A model generated the notes under the pieces. That model was not told the DNA's origin and searched no databases. It saw only the letters and a list, made by a program, of their open reading frames with translations. 64,000 bases of DNA from Pseudobdellovibrionaceae bacterium. Lineage in GTDB: Bacteria; Bdellovibrionota; Bdellovibrionia; Bdellovibrionales; UBA1609. The stretch is from contig JAAOIK010000038.1 in assembly GCA_015163855.1 (NCBI GenBank), forward strand, positions 14,775-78,774, read 5' to 3'. Of the stretch, positions 18,003 to 28,054 are shown in pieces (position 1 is the stretch's first letter; every line of letters starts with the position of its first letter). The translations under genes were made by a program, and so were the position numbers.

Positions 18003-20084
18003 ATGGCTAAATTGTATGCAGACACTAACCTTCAGTATATAAAAGGGGTAGGTCCTAAAACTGCAGAAGCGTTTTATGAAAAAGGCATTACCAATTTAGA
18101 AGAGCTTTTACAATTTTATCCAAGAACTTATGAAGACAATAGAATTGCTACCAAAATTTCTAGTTTAAAATCGGGTTCTAGAGTTTCTTTAATTGCAGAA
18201 ATTTATAGTATTCAATCTAGTTCTCATTCGCGTAGGCATGAACTCGTAATTCAAGATAGTACGGGGCGTATTAGTTGTTCTTTTTTTAGACTACCTTACA
18301 GAGGCTATTTTAATCAATTTCAAAGAGGTTTTAAAGTTAAAGTCAGTGGAGTAGTTAGTCTTTATAGGGGCAGTTTGCAATTTAATCATCCACAATTATC
18401 TTTATTGAAAAAAGGAGAAGTGTTAGAAGATAAACTTATTTCTGTTTACCCCGAGCTAAGCATATCGGCTATGAAAGTGCGGGCCATTGTAAGCTCAGCT
18501 CTTACAGCTTTTAATAATAACGAAAATACGATTGAGTTAAAAGAAGTATTTCCACCATGGCTGCTTAAGCAGTTTACTATTTTGGGTTTAGAAGAAACTT
18601 TACTAAATATTCATCAACCCAATATCAAAGAAGCAGAAAGTTTTTTACATTTTAAAACGCCTTATCAAAAACGAATTATTTTTGAAGAGTTTTTTTATTT
18701 GCAATTACACTTAGCTTTAAGAAAATATGGTTTTGTAGAGAAAAAAGTAATTACTATGAAGAAAAAACCAGAGCTGGTTTCTGCTTTTTTAAAATCTTTA
18801 GGCTTTGAATTAACCCATGCACAAGCTGTAGCCTTTAAGGAAATGGAATTAGATTTATATGGGCAAAAAGTTATGCACCGTTTATTACAAGGCGATGTAG
18901 GTAGTGGAAAAACACTAGTGGCTTTGTTGTCTGTGTTAACAGTAGTTGCCAATGGGTATCAAGCGGTTTTAATGGTTCCCACAGAAGTTTTAGCTAAGCA
19001 ACATTTTAAAACGGCTTTTACTGTATTAAATAATTTAGGTTTTAAAACGGTTTTATTAACGGGAAGTATAAAAGCGAAAGAAAGAAAACCCATTTTAGAA
19101 GGCCTAGCCAATGGCGAAATTTCTTTTTGTATTGGAACTCATGCCGTTATTCAAGATAGCGTTGTGTTTAAAAATTTAGCCTTAGTTATTGTTGATGAAC
19201 AACATAGGTTTGGGGTTGACCAAAGAAATAAATTGTATGCTAAAGGTAATAACCCCCATTTTTTAGTAATGACGGCCACTCCCATACCAAGAACATTATC
19301 TATGACGGTTTATGGTGATTTAGACACCTCTATATTAAATGAAAAGCCTAAAGGAAGACAGCCAATTGTTACTCGAGCTATATATGAAAATAAAAAAGAA
19401 AAAGTATGGGAATTTGTTTTAAAACAAATTAAGCAAGGCAGACAGGCTTATATTATTTATCCACTAGTTGAAGAAAGTGAAAAAATAGATTTACAAAATG
19501 TTACCGATGCTTATAAAAAATTAAAAACTATTTTTCCTAAATCTATAAATTTGGGATTGTTGCACGGAAGAATGAAGTCAGAAGAAAAAGAGCTGGTAAT
19601 GCAACAGTTCGAAGATAAAGAAATAGATATTTTAGTGTCTACCACAGTTATTGAGGTGGGAATAGATGTAGCCAATGCTAATATTATTGTGATTGAAAAT
19701 GCAGAAAGGTTTGGTTTGGCACAATTGCACCAATTAAGAGGAAGAGTGGGAAGGGGCAAGCATAAAAGCTATTGTGTGTTAATTTCTTCTTTTAAGTCTT
19801 CTAAAGAATCTTTTGAACGAACGCGCATTTTAGAAAATTCTGATGATGGATTTTTTATAGCCGAAGAAGATTTACATTTAAGAGGCCCTGGGGATTTATC
19901 TGGCCTTCGACAATCTGGACTTCCTGATTTTAAAATGGCTAATATATTTCGTGATACTTTAATTTTAAAAGAAGCTAGATCTGCAGCTTTCGAGCTAGTA
20001 AATAAAGATCCTCATTTAGAGTCTTTAGAAAATAAAAATTTAAAACAAGCTTATAAAAAGCACTCCAAAAATTTTATAGCTTAG
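18003..20084 (+). CDS. recG: ATP-dependent DNA helicase RecG
   Basis: 693 aa with a wedge domain, Walker A GDVGSGKT, VDEQHRFG, and QLRGRVGRG. Confidence 0.95.
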   Translation: MAKLYADTNLQYIKGVGPKTAEAFYEKGITNLEELLQFYPRTYEDNRIATKISSLKSGSRVSLIAEIYSIQSSSHSRRHELVIQDSTGRISCSFFRLPYRGYFNQFQRGFKVKVSGVVSLYRGSLQFNHPQLSLLKKGEVLEDKLISVYPELSISAMKVRAIVSSALTAFNNNENTIELKEVFPPWLLKQFTILGLEETLLNIHQPNIKEAESFLHFKTPYQKRIIFEEFFYLQLHLALRKYGFVEKKVITMKKKPELVSAFLKSLGFELTHAQAVAFKEMELDLYGQKVMHRLLQGDVGSGKTLVALLSVLTVVANGYQAVLMVPTEVLAKQHFKTAFTVLNNLGFKTVLLTGSIKAKERKPILEGLANGEISFCIGTHAVIQDSVVFKNLALVIVDEQHRFGVDQRNKLYAKGNNPHFLVMTATPIPRTLSMTVYGDLDTSILNEKPKGRQPIVTRAIYENKKEKVWEFVLKQIKQGRQAYIIYPLVEESEKIDLQNVTDAYKKLKTIFPKSINLGLLHGRMKSEEKELVMQQFEDKEIDILVSTTVIEVGIDVANANIIVIENAERFGLAQLHQLRGRVGRGKHKSYCVLISSFKSSKESFERTRILENSDDGFFIAEEDLHLRGPGDLSGLRQSGLPDFKMANIFRDTLILKEARSAAFELVNKDPHLESLENKNLKQAYKKHSKNFIA

Positions 20085-20884
20085 CGAAAGTGCAAAGGGT
20101 AGCGAATCCAAAAATTTTTGCTTTTACTAAAAGAGAAATGCATTTTTTTAAAAACAGATAATGCACAGCGTTGCAAGTAAGTATTTAAATTAGAAGAAAT
20201 AATAGAGGTTTCTATAATTTTAGCATTAATTATATGAAGATTAACTAACATTTTTCCAGTGGGTTTAATATTTTTTCGTAAAGCATTAGCTTGGCAATAT
20301 AAAAAGTATTTTTTGTACTTTTTTATTAAATGAAAAAATGGCTCTTCTGTTTTTTTTTGCGTTATTAAATTATTAATAGGCGATTTTTTTAAAATATTAG
20401 AGTGTGTTACTAATTGAATAGATTTTTTTAATTGAGGCTTTGTTTTCCATTTTGATAGTAACACAAGGTTATTGTTATAAATAACCGTAGATTTTGAATT
20501 TATCTTTTTCGATCTAACTTTAAAATTTCCTTTTTTTAAAATAATAGAAAGATTTTGTTTCTTTAGTTTTTTTATTAAAATATGGCTATTTGGATAAATT
20601 TCAATACTTTCTTTTGTAGAAAAATATAGTTTTGCAGAACTACCATTTCCAGTTTGTACTAAAATATTTTTATAAAAAGTATTTTTCGAGGGGGTTATCA
20701 GTGTATTATTAATTAAAACATAACCTTTAAAGTTAATAACTTTAGCGAAAAATAATTTTTTTTGGAAAATAGATTTTTTAAAAGAATAAATAAATTCTTT
20801 TTTTACAAAAACAATAGCTAATAGTACAATAAAAAAAAGTAAAAGAATAAAAAAAAGCGACTTATTTTGTTTTGCTTTTGGCAT
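20081..20884 (-). CDS. Membrane-anchored periplasmic protein, FecR-like middle segment plus TonB-C/AgmX-like C-terminal segment (tentative)
   Basis: 267 aa with an N-terminal anchor (SLFFILLLFFIVLLAIVFV). The middle part (GYVLINN...VQTGNGSSAKLYFSTKESIEIYPNSHILI) resembles the FecR pattern. The C-terminus (Y.CQ....GKMLVNLHI...KIIETSIISSNL.....C....F) resembles the Cys-containing TonB_C-like AgmX/PglI C-terminal domain. These are motif-level recall only. The start overlaps the secG 3' end by 23 nt. Confidence 0.35.
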   Translation of the reverse strand: MPKAKQNKSLFFILLLFFIVLLAIVFVKKEFIYSFKKSIFQKKLFFAKVINFKGYVLINNTLITPSKNTFYKNILVQTGNGSSAKLYFSTKESIEIYPNSHILIKKLKKQNLSIILKKGNFKVRSKKINSKSTVIYNNNLVLLSKWKTKPQLKKSIQLVTHSNILKKSPINNLITQKKTEEPFFHLIKKYKKYFLYCQANALRKNIKPTGKMLVNLHIINAKIIETSIISSNLNTYLQRCALSVFKKMHFSFSKSKNFWIRYPLHFR

Positions 20885-21200
20885 CTTTTTTATTAATAGG
20901 TGCTTTCTTATTCAAAGAAGTTTGTTCTTGTGTATTGGTTTTTGAGGTTTTGTACTTATCTAGCAAACTCGTTTCTTGGTGGCCAACTAAATAGGTTAAA
21001 ATTAAACTAGTTCCTGCTAAAAAAACGCTTAACCATTTAGTGGTGCTGCTTAAAAAGTTACTGGCTCCAGAAGCTCCAAAAACAGACTTTGATTGCCCAG
21101 CAAGGCCATCTAAAGCTCCTCCTTTAGAGTCTTGTAATAAAATAAATACAATTAAAAATATCGCTAAAATAACATGAATAACTACAAAAAATGAAATCAT
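20862..21200 (-). CDS. secG: Preprotein translocase subunit SecG with an extended polar C-terminal tail
   Basis: 112 aa. MISFFVVIHVILAIFLIVFILLQDSKGG is the SecG signature. A second TM follows (WLSVFLAGTSLILTYLV), then an extra polar tail of about 40 aa. Confidence 0.8.
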   Translation of the reverse strand: MISFFVVIHVILAIFLIVFILLQDSKGGALDGLAGQSKSVFGASGASNFLSSTTKWLSVFLAGTSLILTYLVGHQETSLLDKYKTSKTNTQEQTSLNKKAPINKKDAKSKTK

Positions 21201-21341
21201 AATAAAACCTTTAAATTAATACTATAATAGTTTTATGTAGTAGGGGTTTATTAGTCAAATCTTTCATTGCTTTTTTTAGTAATGCGACTAAAAATACACC
21301 TAATTCTTTAAAGATAAATAAAATTTAAGGGAAGCTTTGTT

Positions 21342-21965
21342 ATGGCGTTTATTGTATTTGAAGGTTTAGATGGTTCTGGAAAAAGCACTTTATTGAACCA
21401 GCTAAAAACCTATGTCGAAAATCAAGGCATTAGTGTTATTCAGACCCATGAGCCAGGGGGGAGTGTTTTTGGTGAAAAAATTAGAGATATTTTATTAAGT
21501 ACCAGTAAAGACTCTATTCCTGTGCCTAGAGCCGAATTGTTACTCTACCAAGCCTCGAGAGCTCAATTGGTAGAAACAACAATTAAGCCAGCCTTAGCTA
21601 AAAATCAGTGGGTTTTGTGCGATCGTTACACAGCTAGCTCTTTAGCTTTTCAATGTGGGGCAAGAGGTATTGATGAGTCCTTAGTAAGTTGGCTCAATTC
21701 TTACGCAACGCAAAATTTAGAACCAGATTGGTATATATTATTAGATTTAAGTATTGAAGACAGTGAAAAGCGAAGAGGGGTTAGAGGGCGTGATTTAGAC
21801 AGAATGGAGCAAGAAAAGGCAGATTTTCATCAAAATGTTAGAAATACTTATCTATCCATAGCAAAATCACAAAAAAATTGGATTACTTTAGATGCCTCTT
21901 TGGGCAAGCAGGAGTTATGGGAAGATTTATTAAAGCAATTACAAGTAAGAAAGGTACTTTCTTAA
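21342..21965 (+). CDS. tmk: Thymidylate kinase
   Basis: 207 aa with FEGLDGSGKST P-loop, DRY..SS.AFQ, and a LID region with RRG.RGR. Confidence 0.92.
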   Translation: MAFIVFEGLDGSGKSTLLNQLKTYVENQGISVIQTHEPGGSVFGEKIRDILLSTSKDSIPVPRAELLLYQASRAQLVETTIKPALAKNQWVLCDRYTASSLAFQCGARGIDESLVSWLNSYATQNLEPDWYILLDLSIEDSEKRRGVRGRDLDRMEQEKADFHQNVRNTYLSIAKSQKNWITLDASLGKQELWEDLLKQLQVRKVLS

Positions 21966-22017
21966 CAATACAAAAGGTATTAGTAATAGCTAATTATTTT
22001 TTAAGGTAGGTTATCTA

Positions 22018-22959
22018 GTGAAGTCGAATTTATTTTACAATATTAAAGGGCAAGATAAGGCCAAAGACTTTTTAAGTAAAGCATGGAAAAACCATCGTCT
22101 TTCGTCTTCTTTATTATTTTATGGTCCTGATTCTGTAGGTAAGAAGTTAACCGCTTATGCCTTGTCTCAAGCTTTATTATGCACCTCCTCTAACAAAGAC
22201 GCCGATTTATTATCTGCAGCCTGTGGTCATTGTACTTCTTGCAAAGAGGTAAAAGAAAAACGATCTCCTTATGTTTTAGAAATACAACCGGTAAATAACA
22301 GTATTAAAGTAGAACAAAGCACAGAGGTTGTATCTTTTTTAAATTTAAAAGTAGAATCTAATGCACGGATAATTATTATTGATGAGGCTCAGTATTTAAA
22401 TGTTCAAAGCTCTAATAAGTTGTTAAAAACTTTAGAGGAGTTGTCTGAAAATAATTATATTATTTTATTAAGCCCTTCTGTAAAAAGTTTATTAAGTACA
22501 ATTAGTTCAAGGTTAAGTAAAATCGCTTTTTGTTCTTTAAAAAAAAATGTATTTTTTTCTATTATAAAAGAAGAGCCCACAGAGTTAAATTTTTTTAATT
22601 ATAACTTAAAAGACTATAAAAAATGGAATGAAATTTTAGAAGATCAAGCTTTAAAGGAAAGTATAAATTTTTGGACACTCTTTTTAAAAAAAGACAAAAA
22701 GCTTTTTTCTTTTATTTCTAAAAATTTATCTAAAAAAGACAAGATAGAAACTTTTATTTATATTAGTAAAACCCTTTTATTAGATAAAATAAAATTAAAC
22801 ACACTGCGTGTGTCACAGCTTAATGAGCTTTTTAGCTCTTTTGCTGCGGAAAATTGTATTTATCTACTAGACTTGTTATTGAACTTAGAAAAAGATATAA
22901 AAAACAATATAAATCCTTTACTAAGTTTAGAAAATTTTTGCATACAGGCTATAAAATAA
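22018..22959 (+). CDS. holB: DNA polymerase III subunit delta'
   Basis: 313 aa with a GTG start. It has a clamp-loader AAA+ fold with a degenerate P-loop (GPDSVGKK), a Cys cluster (CGHCTSC), IIIDEA, and an SRL (SRC-like) motif. It follows tmk, as is common. Confidence 0.7.
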   Translation: MKSNLFYNIKGQDKAKDFLSKAWKNHRLSSSLLFYGPDSVGKKLTAYALSQALLCTSSNKDADLLSAACGHCTSCKEVKEKRSPYVLEIQPVNNSIKVEQSTEVVSFLNLKVESNARIIIIDEAQYLNVQSSNKLLKTLEELSENNYIILLSPSVKSLLSTISSRLSKIAFCSLKKNVFFSIIKEEPTELNFFNYNLKDYKKWNEILEDQALKESINFWTLFLKKDKKLFSFISKNLSKKDKIETFIYISKTLLLDKIKLNTLRVSQLNELFSSFAAENCIYLLDLLLNLEKDIKNNINPLLSLENFCIQAIK

Positions 22960-22978
22960 ATTAATTTTTAAGGAAAAT

Positions 22979-23746
22979 ATGTGGATTGATACTCATACTC
23001 ATTTAGATAGTTTAGAAAGTGTTGAAGAGGCAGTTAAAAATGCAGAATTAAATAAAGTCAGTAAAATTATTACTATTGGAACAGGTAAAAACGATCATTT
23101 TAAAGTTTTAGAACTGTCTAAAAAATACAAAAATGTATATTGCACCTTAGGAGTGCATCCCCATGAAGCAGAAAACTTTGATCCAGAAACAGAAAGTTTT
23201 ATGTTAAGTCATTTAACAGATCCTAAAGTAGTGGGTGTGGGAGAAATTGGTTTAGATTATTATTATGACAATGCACCCAAAGAGTTACAAAAAGAGGTTT
23301 TTAAAAGGCAATTGCAAATAGCAAAAGATTTTAATTTACCTGTAGAAATTCATGCTAGAGAGGCAGAAGATGATATAGTAGCTTTATTAACAGAATTTAA
23401 AGGGCAAGTTTCTGGAATTATACATTGTTTTTCGGGAAGTCAAAATTTTGCCAACGAAGTTTTGTCATTAGGATATAATTTGTCTATTAGTGGCATTGTT
23501 ACTTTTAAAAAAGCCGATCAATTAAGAGATATTGTAAAAAACACACCGGTAGATAGACTACATATAGAAACCGATGCTCCTTATTTAACTCCCATTCCTT
23601 TTAGAGGTAAAAAGAATCAGCCTTCTTATGTTGTTTATGTAGCCGAAAAAGTGGCAGAAATAAAAAATCTAAGTCTTGACGAGTTGTCTAAACAATTACA
23701 AAAAAATACACATTCATTATTTAAAAAAATAAAAGAAGGAGAATAG
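22979..23746 (+). CDS. tatD: TatD-family metal-dependent DNase/hydrolase
   Basis: 255 aa with DTHTHLD, GEIGLDYYY, HCFSG and ETDAPYLTP. Confidence 0.9.
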   Translation: MWIDTHTHLDSLESVEEAVKNAELNKVSKIITIGTGKNDHFKVLELSKKYKNVYCTLGVHPHEAENFDPETESFMLSHLTDPKVVGVGEIGLDYYYDNAPKELQKEVFKRQLQIAKDFNLPVEIHAREAEDDIVALLTEFKGQVSGIIHCFSGSQNFANEVLSLGYNLSISGIVTFKKADQLRDIVKNTPVDRLHIETDAPYLTPIPFRGKKNQPSYVVYVAEKVAEIKNLSLDELSKQLQKNTHSLFKKIKEGE

Positions 23747-23748
23747 TT

Positions 23749-24753
23749 ATGAAAAAAATAAAAGTAGGAATTAATGGCTTTGGAAGAATTGGAAGAGTTT
23801 TTTTTCGCCAAGCTTTTGATAATATAGAAATAGTAGGGATTAATGATTTGTGTTCTGCCGAGTTATCTGCTCATTTATTAAAGTATGATAGTGCCCATGG
23901 AGTTTGGGAAAAAAATGTAAAAGTGGAAAATAATAATTTAGTAGTAGATGGTCAAAGCATTGCTCTTTCGCAACATAGAAATCCTGCCGATATTCCATGG
24001 AAGAAGTGGGGAGTAGATATTGTTGTCGAATGCACTGGAATTTTTAAAACCAAAGAGGATTTTAGTAAACATTTATTAGCTGGTGCAAAAAAAGTGATTG
24101 TTTCCGCTCCTGCACCAGGGGTGGATTGCACTATAGTTTATGGGGTAAATCATAAAGATTATGAAAAAGATAAACACAATATTTTAAGTAATGCTTCTTG
24201 CACAACTAATTGCTTAGCTCCTTTAGTTAAAGTTTTAGATGAAGCTTTTGGTATTGATTTTGGTATGATGACTACCATTCATTCTTATACCAATGACCAA
24301 AATATATTAGATGCCCCTCATAGCGATTTTAGAAGAGCTCGAGCGGGGGCTTTGTCTATGATTCCTACTAGTACTGGAGCCGCCAAGGCGGTAACTAAAG
24401 TATTACCGCATTTAAAGGGAAAAATTGATGGTTTAGCAGTAAGAGTACCCACAGCCAATGTCAGTTTGGTAGATTTTGTAATGCGTGCTAAACAAACAAT
24501 GACTAAAGATAAAGTGTTATCTGTTGTTAAAGAGGCCGCCAGTGGTTCTTTACAGTCTATTTTATCTTATGAAACCAAACAGTTAGTTAGTTCAGATTTT
24601 AATGGAAGTCTTTATAGTTCTATTGTGGATATGGACTCTGTTATGATTTTGGAAGATAAAACTTTAAAAATTTTATCGTGGTATGATAATGAAAATGGAT
24701 TTTCTGCTCGAATGTTAGATTTAGTAAATTATATTGGAAAAGAATATGCTTAA
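23749..24753 (+). CDS. gap: Glyceraldehyde-3-phosphate dehydrogenase
   Basis: 334 aa with INGFGRIGR, the active site SNASCTTNCLAP, and WYDNE. Confidence 0.97.
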   Translation: MKKIKVGINGFGRIGRVFFRQAFDNIEIVGINDLCSAELSAHLLKYDSAHGVWEKNVKVENNNLVVDGQSIALSQHRNPADIPWKKWGVDIVVECTGIFKTKEDFSKHLLAGAKKVIVSAPAPGVDCTIVYGVNHKDYEKDKHNILSNASCTTNCLAPLVKVLDEAFGIDFGMMTTIHSYTNDQNILDAPHSDFRRARAGALSMIPTSTGAAKAVTKVLPHLKGKIDGLAVRVPTANVSLVDFVMRAKQTMTKDKVLSVVKEAASGSLQSILSYETKQLVSSDFNGSLYSSIVDMDSVMILEDKTLKILSWYDNENGFSARMLDLVNYIGKEYA

Positions 24754-25921
24754 TTTAAAAAAAATAAAAAAACTATCTGACTTAAAATGGAAAGGGGAGA
24801 GAGTTTTTTTGCGTTTAGATTTAAATGTACCCATTAAGGGAGAAAAGATTTTAGATCTTAGTAGAATTAAAGCGGCCTTGCCGAGCATTGAGTACTTACA
24901 TGCTAATGGTGCTCAAATTATTATTGGTTCTCACTTAGGTCGACCAAAAAATAATAAAGAATATAGTTTAGCTCCAGTAGCAGAAGCTTTAGGAAACTTA
25001 CTTAATAAAGAAATCATTTTAATAGAAGACCCCTTAAGTGATACAGCAAAATTTTTATTACCTAGTGTAAAAAAAAACCAAATTATTATGTTAGAAAATT
25101 TGCGTTACATACCTGGCGAAACAAAAAATAAACCAGATTTGCAAAAAGTATTGTCTAAATATATTACAGCCTATGTTAATGATGCTTTTGGAGTTTGTCA
25201 CAGAGTGCACTCTAGTGTTAATGATGTGCCAAAACATTTTAAAAAAAAAGCTGTGGGTTTTTTAATTGAAAAAGAAATCCAATCTTTAGATTCTATTTTA
25301 TATAGCAAAAAAAAAATGTTATTAGCTTTAGGAGGCTCTAAAGTTAGTGATAAAATTGCTTTAATTGAGGCTTTTATTGATAAAGCAGATACGCTTCTTA
25401 TAGGAGGAGCTATGGCCTATCCTTTTTTAAAAGCTCAGGGCAAAGAGGTGGGAGAATCGTTTTTAGAGCAATCTTGTGTTAATACGGCTAGAAAAATTTT
25501 AAAGCGTTTTCAAGTAAAAAATAAAAATATCATATTACCCTCTGACCATAGAGTAGTTTCTGATATTGATAATTTAAAAAGTCTTAAAGTAGTTACAGAA
25601 ATTCCCTCTTCTAAAATGGCTATTGATATTGGCCCTGCAACTTCAATGGCTTTTGAAAATGCTTTAAAATCGATGGATCAAGTTTTATGGAATGGGCCTT
25701 TTGGTATGTTTGAAACAAAAGAATATTCTAAAGGAACAATGAATTTTGCAAAAGCTTTGTCTAAATCCACAGCCACTAGTTTTGTTGGAGGTGGTGATTC
25801 TTCTTCAGCAATCCATCAATCGGGATTTGCCGATAGTATTTTTCATGTTTCCACGGGGGGAGCAGCATTTTTAGAGTATATAGAAAAAGAGACTTTACCA
25901 GGTTTAGAAGCTTTAATTTAA
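24746..25921 (+). CDS. pgk: Phosphoglycerate kinase
   Basis: PGK motifs RLDLNVP, SHLGRP, and GGGDS...GGAAFLEY. The ATG at 24746 overlaps the gap stop (ATGCTTAA). The track's TTG at 24734 is less likely. Confidence 0.95.
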   Translation: MLNLKKIKKLSDLKWKGERVFLRLDLNVPIKGEKILDLSRIKAALPSIEYLHANGAQIIIGSHLGRPKNNKEYSLAPVAEALGNLLNKEIILIEDPLSDTAKFLLPSVKKNQIIMLENLRYIPGETKNKPDLQKVLSKYITAYVNDAFGVCHRVHSSVNDVPKHFKKKAVGFLIEKEIQSLDSILYSKKKMLLALGGSKVSDKIALIEAFIDKADTLLIGGAMAYPFLKAQGKEVGESFLEQSCVNTARKILKRFQVKNKNIILPSDHRVVSDIDNLKSLKVVTEIPSSKMAIDIGPATSMAFENALKSMDQVLWNGPFGMFETKEYSKGTMNFAKALSKSTATSFVGGGDSSSAIHQSGFADSIFHVSTGGAAFLEYIEKETLPGLEALI

Positions 25922-25936
25922 CTTATTAGGGATACT

Positions 25937-26698
25937 ATGATTTTTGCAGCCAATTGGAAGCTAAATAAAACCTCTAAAGAAATGGAAGTATTTTTTTCTA
26001 CTTTTTTAAAATCAAATATTTTAAAAAAAGCTTTGCAAGATAAAAAAAAAATAATCTTTTTTCCTCAAGCTTTATTATCAGCAGGCTTATCACAGATATT
26101 TAATCAATTTTTAAATGATAATCCCCTTTTGGTAAAAGATCATCTTTCGTGGGGGTTACAAAATACTTTTTACCATAATGAAGGGGCTTTTACTGGAGAA
26201 AATTCTGCATTAACTATGAAAGAAATGGGAGGACAATTTTCTTTAGTAGGACATAGTGAAAGAAGAAGTTTATTTAAAGAAACTAACAAAGAGGTTTCTA
26301 AAAAATTAGTATTATTACAACAGCTAGGTGTTGTTCCCATACTATGTTTTGGAGAATCTTTAGAGCTAAGGCAAAGCGGTGAGTATAAAGACTTTATTTT
26401 ACAACAACTCAAAGAATCTTTATTGTCTGTAGATTTATCAAAACGAATTATTTTAGCTTATGAGCCAATTTGGGCTATTGGAACAGGAAAGCAAGCTTCT
26501 ACTGAAGATATTCAAGAAATAGGAACTTTAATTAAAGAAAAATTTCCTAAATTAGAATTGTTATATGGTGGCAGTGTAAAACCTTCTAATGTAAAAGCCA
26601 TTGTTAATCAAAAAGAAATTAGTGGAGTATTAGTAGGAGGGGCTAGTTTAGATCCTCAAGTGTTTTTAGAGCTAATTTCTTCTTGCTATAACAGTTAA
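25937..26698 (+). CDS. tpiA: Triosephosphate isomerase
   Basis: 253 aa with ANWKLN, GHSERR, YEPIWAIGTG, and GGASL. Confidence 0.9.
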   Translation: MIFAANWKLNKTSKEMEVFFSTFLKSNILKKALQDKKKIIFFPQALLSAGLSQIFNQFLNDNPLLVKDHLSWGLQNTFYHNEGAFTGENSALTMKEMGGQFSLVGHSERRSLFKETNKEVSKKLVLLQQLGVVPILCFGESLELRQSGEYKDFILQQLKESLLSVDLSKRIILAYEPIWAIGTGKQASTEDIQEIGTLIKEKFPKLELLYGGSVKPSNVKAIVNQKEISGVLVGGASLDPQVFLELISSCYNS

Positions 26699-27879
26699 TA
26701 GAAATTCTCTAACATAGCTAATAATTGATCGTAAACCATAAATTGGCTTACAGAATGAGTTAGTCTAGATTTATACCCTGGTTTTTCTGCATAGCCAGGC
26801 ATTTCTGCGATAATATTTTTTCCTTCTAAAGGTTTTAAGTGCAACCTTTCTAATAAACGATTATTTTTTATTAAAGACATTGTTGAAATGTTTTGATTAT
26901 AAACATCTAGTTGAAAATTAATAGTATCTTGTAAATTTTTAAATTTTCGTAATCGAACTGTTTTACTTTTGCAAACTCGACCCATACTTTTTGCATTAAA
27001 CTTTTTCTTAGGGGTAATTTGTGTACCAAATAAATTATTTAAAGTATAACTGGCTCTAGATTGTCCCATATGGCTTTCCTCTTTAGCTTGTCCTAAAAAT
27101 AGGCTGGGAGGGGTAACATCCACAGAAGCAATTAAAGCCACTAACAGTAAATTGGGATTATTAATATAAGCAATTCTTCGCAACCAATTTTTATAAGCCA
27201 AACGCTTAATGTAAAGCGCTTTTTCTGAAGTTAAATTATATTTTGTTAAATTAACTACATCTATATAATTTTGTTCTTTTTTACTTATGGTATCTGAAAA
27301 AATAGAAAAATCGAGGTCAAAATTAGCTTCCGTATTTTTTTTTATCAGTAAAGGGGAGTTTTGTAAGCTTTCTAAAGATTTAATATTACTAAAAAAGAAT
27401 CGTGATTTCTTAAAATACTTTACTTTTCTAGTAATCATATACTTCTTGTAATCATCTAGTGTTAACTTATGTAAATTATTTTTTAAAATATTCAGTAAAG
27501 AAAATCTTTGTTTAAGTATTTGTGCATTAGCATAAATAATATTGGGTAATAAAGTATTTATAAAAATTTGCTTTCTTTCTGTTTTAGAATAATCCACAAA
27601 TTGAGCATTATTTTCTTTAGAACAAGAAATTTTCAATGCTTTCTTGGATAAAGAATTATTCGATGTTAAGTTAACTAAGATTTTTGGGGCGTAACTTTTG
27701 CTAAATTTCTGTGTTTTTGAATTAATAGTTTTTCTATAGATTAAATAATCCTCTAAATCAGAAGAGGATGATTGAATGTGGTTTACTGTTGTTAGTTCAA
27801 AAAGTAAGCTTCCTGTTAAACTTATACCGAATAAACCAAGAATAAAAAAAGAAAATGCTCTTTTTTCTGTCCATTTCAT
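26695..27879 (-). CDS. Secreted protein with a C-terminal FlgJ/Bax-type glucosaminidase-like domain (putative peptidoglycan hydrolase)
   Basis: 394 aa with a signal/anchor (FSFFILGLFGISLTGSLL). The C-terminal LGQAKEESHMGQSRASYTLNNLFG resembles the AQAALESGWG....NNLFG motif of mannosyl-glycoprotein endo-beta-N-acetylglucosaminidase domains. The RBS AAGGAAGGAG lies upstream. This is motif-level evidence only. Confidence 0.45.
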   Translation of the reverse strand: MKWTEKRAFSFFILGLFGISLTGSLLFELTTVNHIQSSSSDLEDYLIYRKTINSKTQKFSKSYAPKILVNLTSNNSLSKKALKISCSKENNAQFVDYSKTERKQIFINTLLPNIIYANAQILKQRFSLLNILKNNLHKLTLDDYKKYMITRKVKYFKKSRFFFSNIKSLESLQNSPLLIKKNTEANFDLDFSIFSDTISKKEQNYIDVVNLTKYNLTSEKALYIKRLAYKNWLRRIAYINNPNLLLVALIASVDVTPPSLFLGQAKEESHMGQSRASYTLNNLFGTQITPKKKFNAKSMGRVCKSKTVRLRKFKNLQDTINFQLDVYNQNISTMSLIKNNRLLERLHLKPLEGKNIIAEMPGYAEKPGYKSRLTHSVSQFMVYDQLLAMLENFY

Positions 27880-28054
27880 GAAAATCTCCTTCCTTTTATC
27901 TGTTGATACTAATTAATCGGTAAAATGTCGCAAAAATTCTGTAATCTTTACTGGTCAGTAGGTATTTTTTGTCTATTTAATAAACACTATGTAAAAAGTA
28001 ATAGGTTTCTGATTTAGTATGGACAGAAGAGCGTATTGTAGTTAAAAAGCAGAT

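Noticed and set aside
27925-28017. A 30-aa ORF (MSQKFCNLYWSVGIFCLFNKHYVKSNRFLI) in the 175-bp divergent spacer between the glucosaminidase-like and L,D-transpeptidase genes.
   Set aside because: It has no Shine-Dalgarno sequence upstream and no recognisable family. The spacer is needed for two divergent promoters. It would be worth a look only if ribosome profiling shows occupancy.
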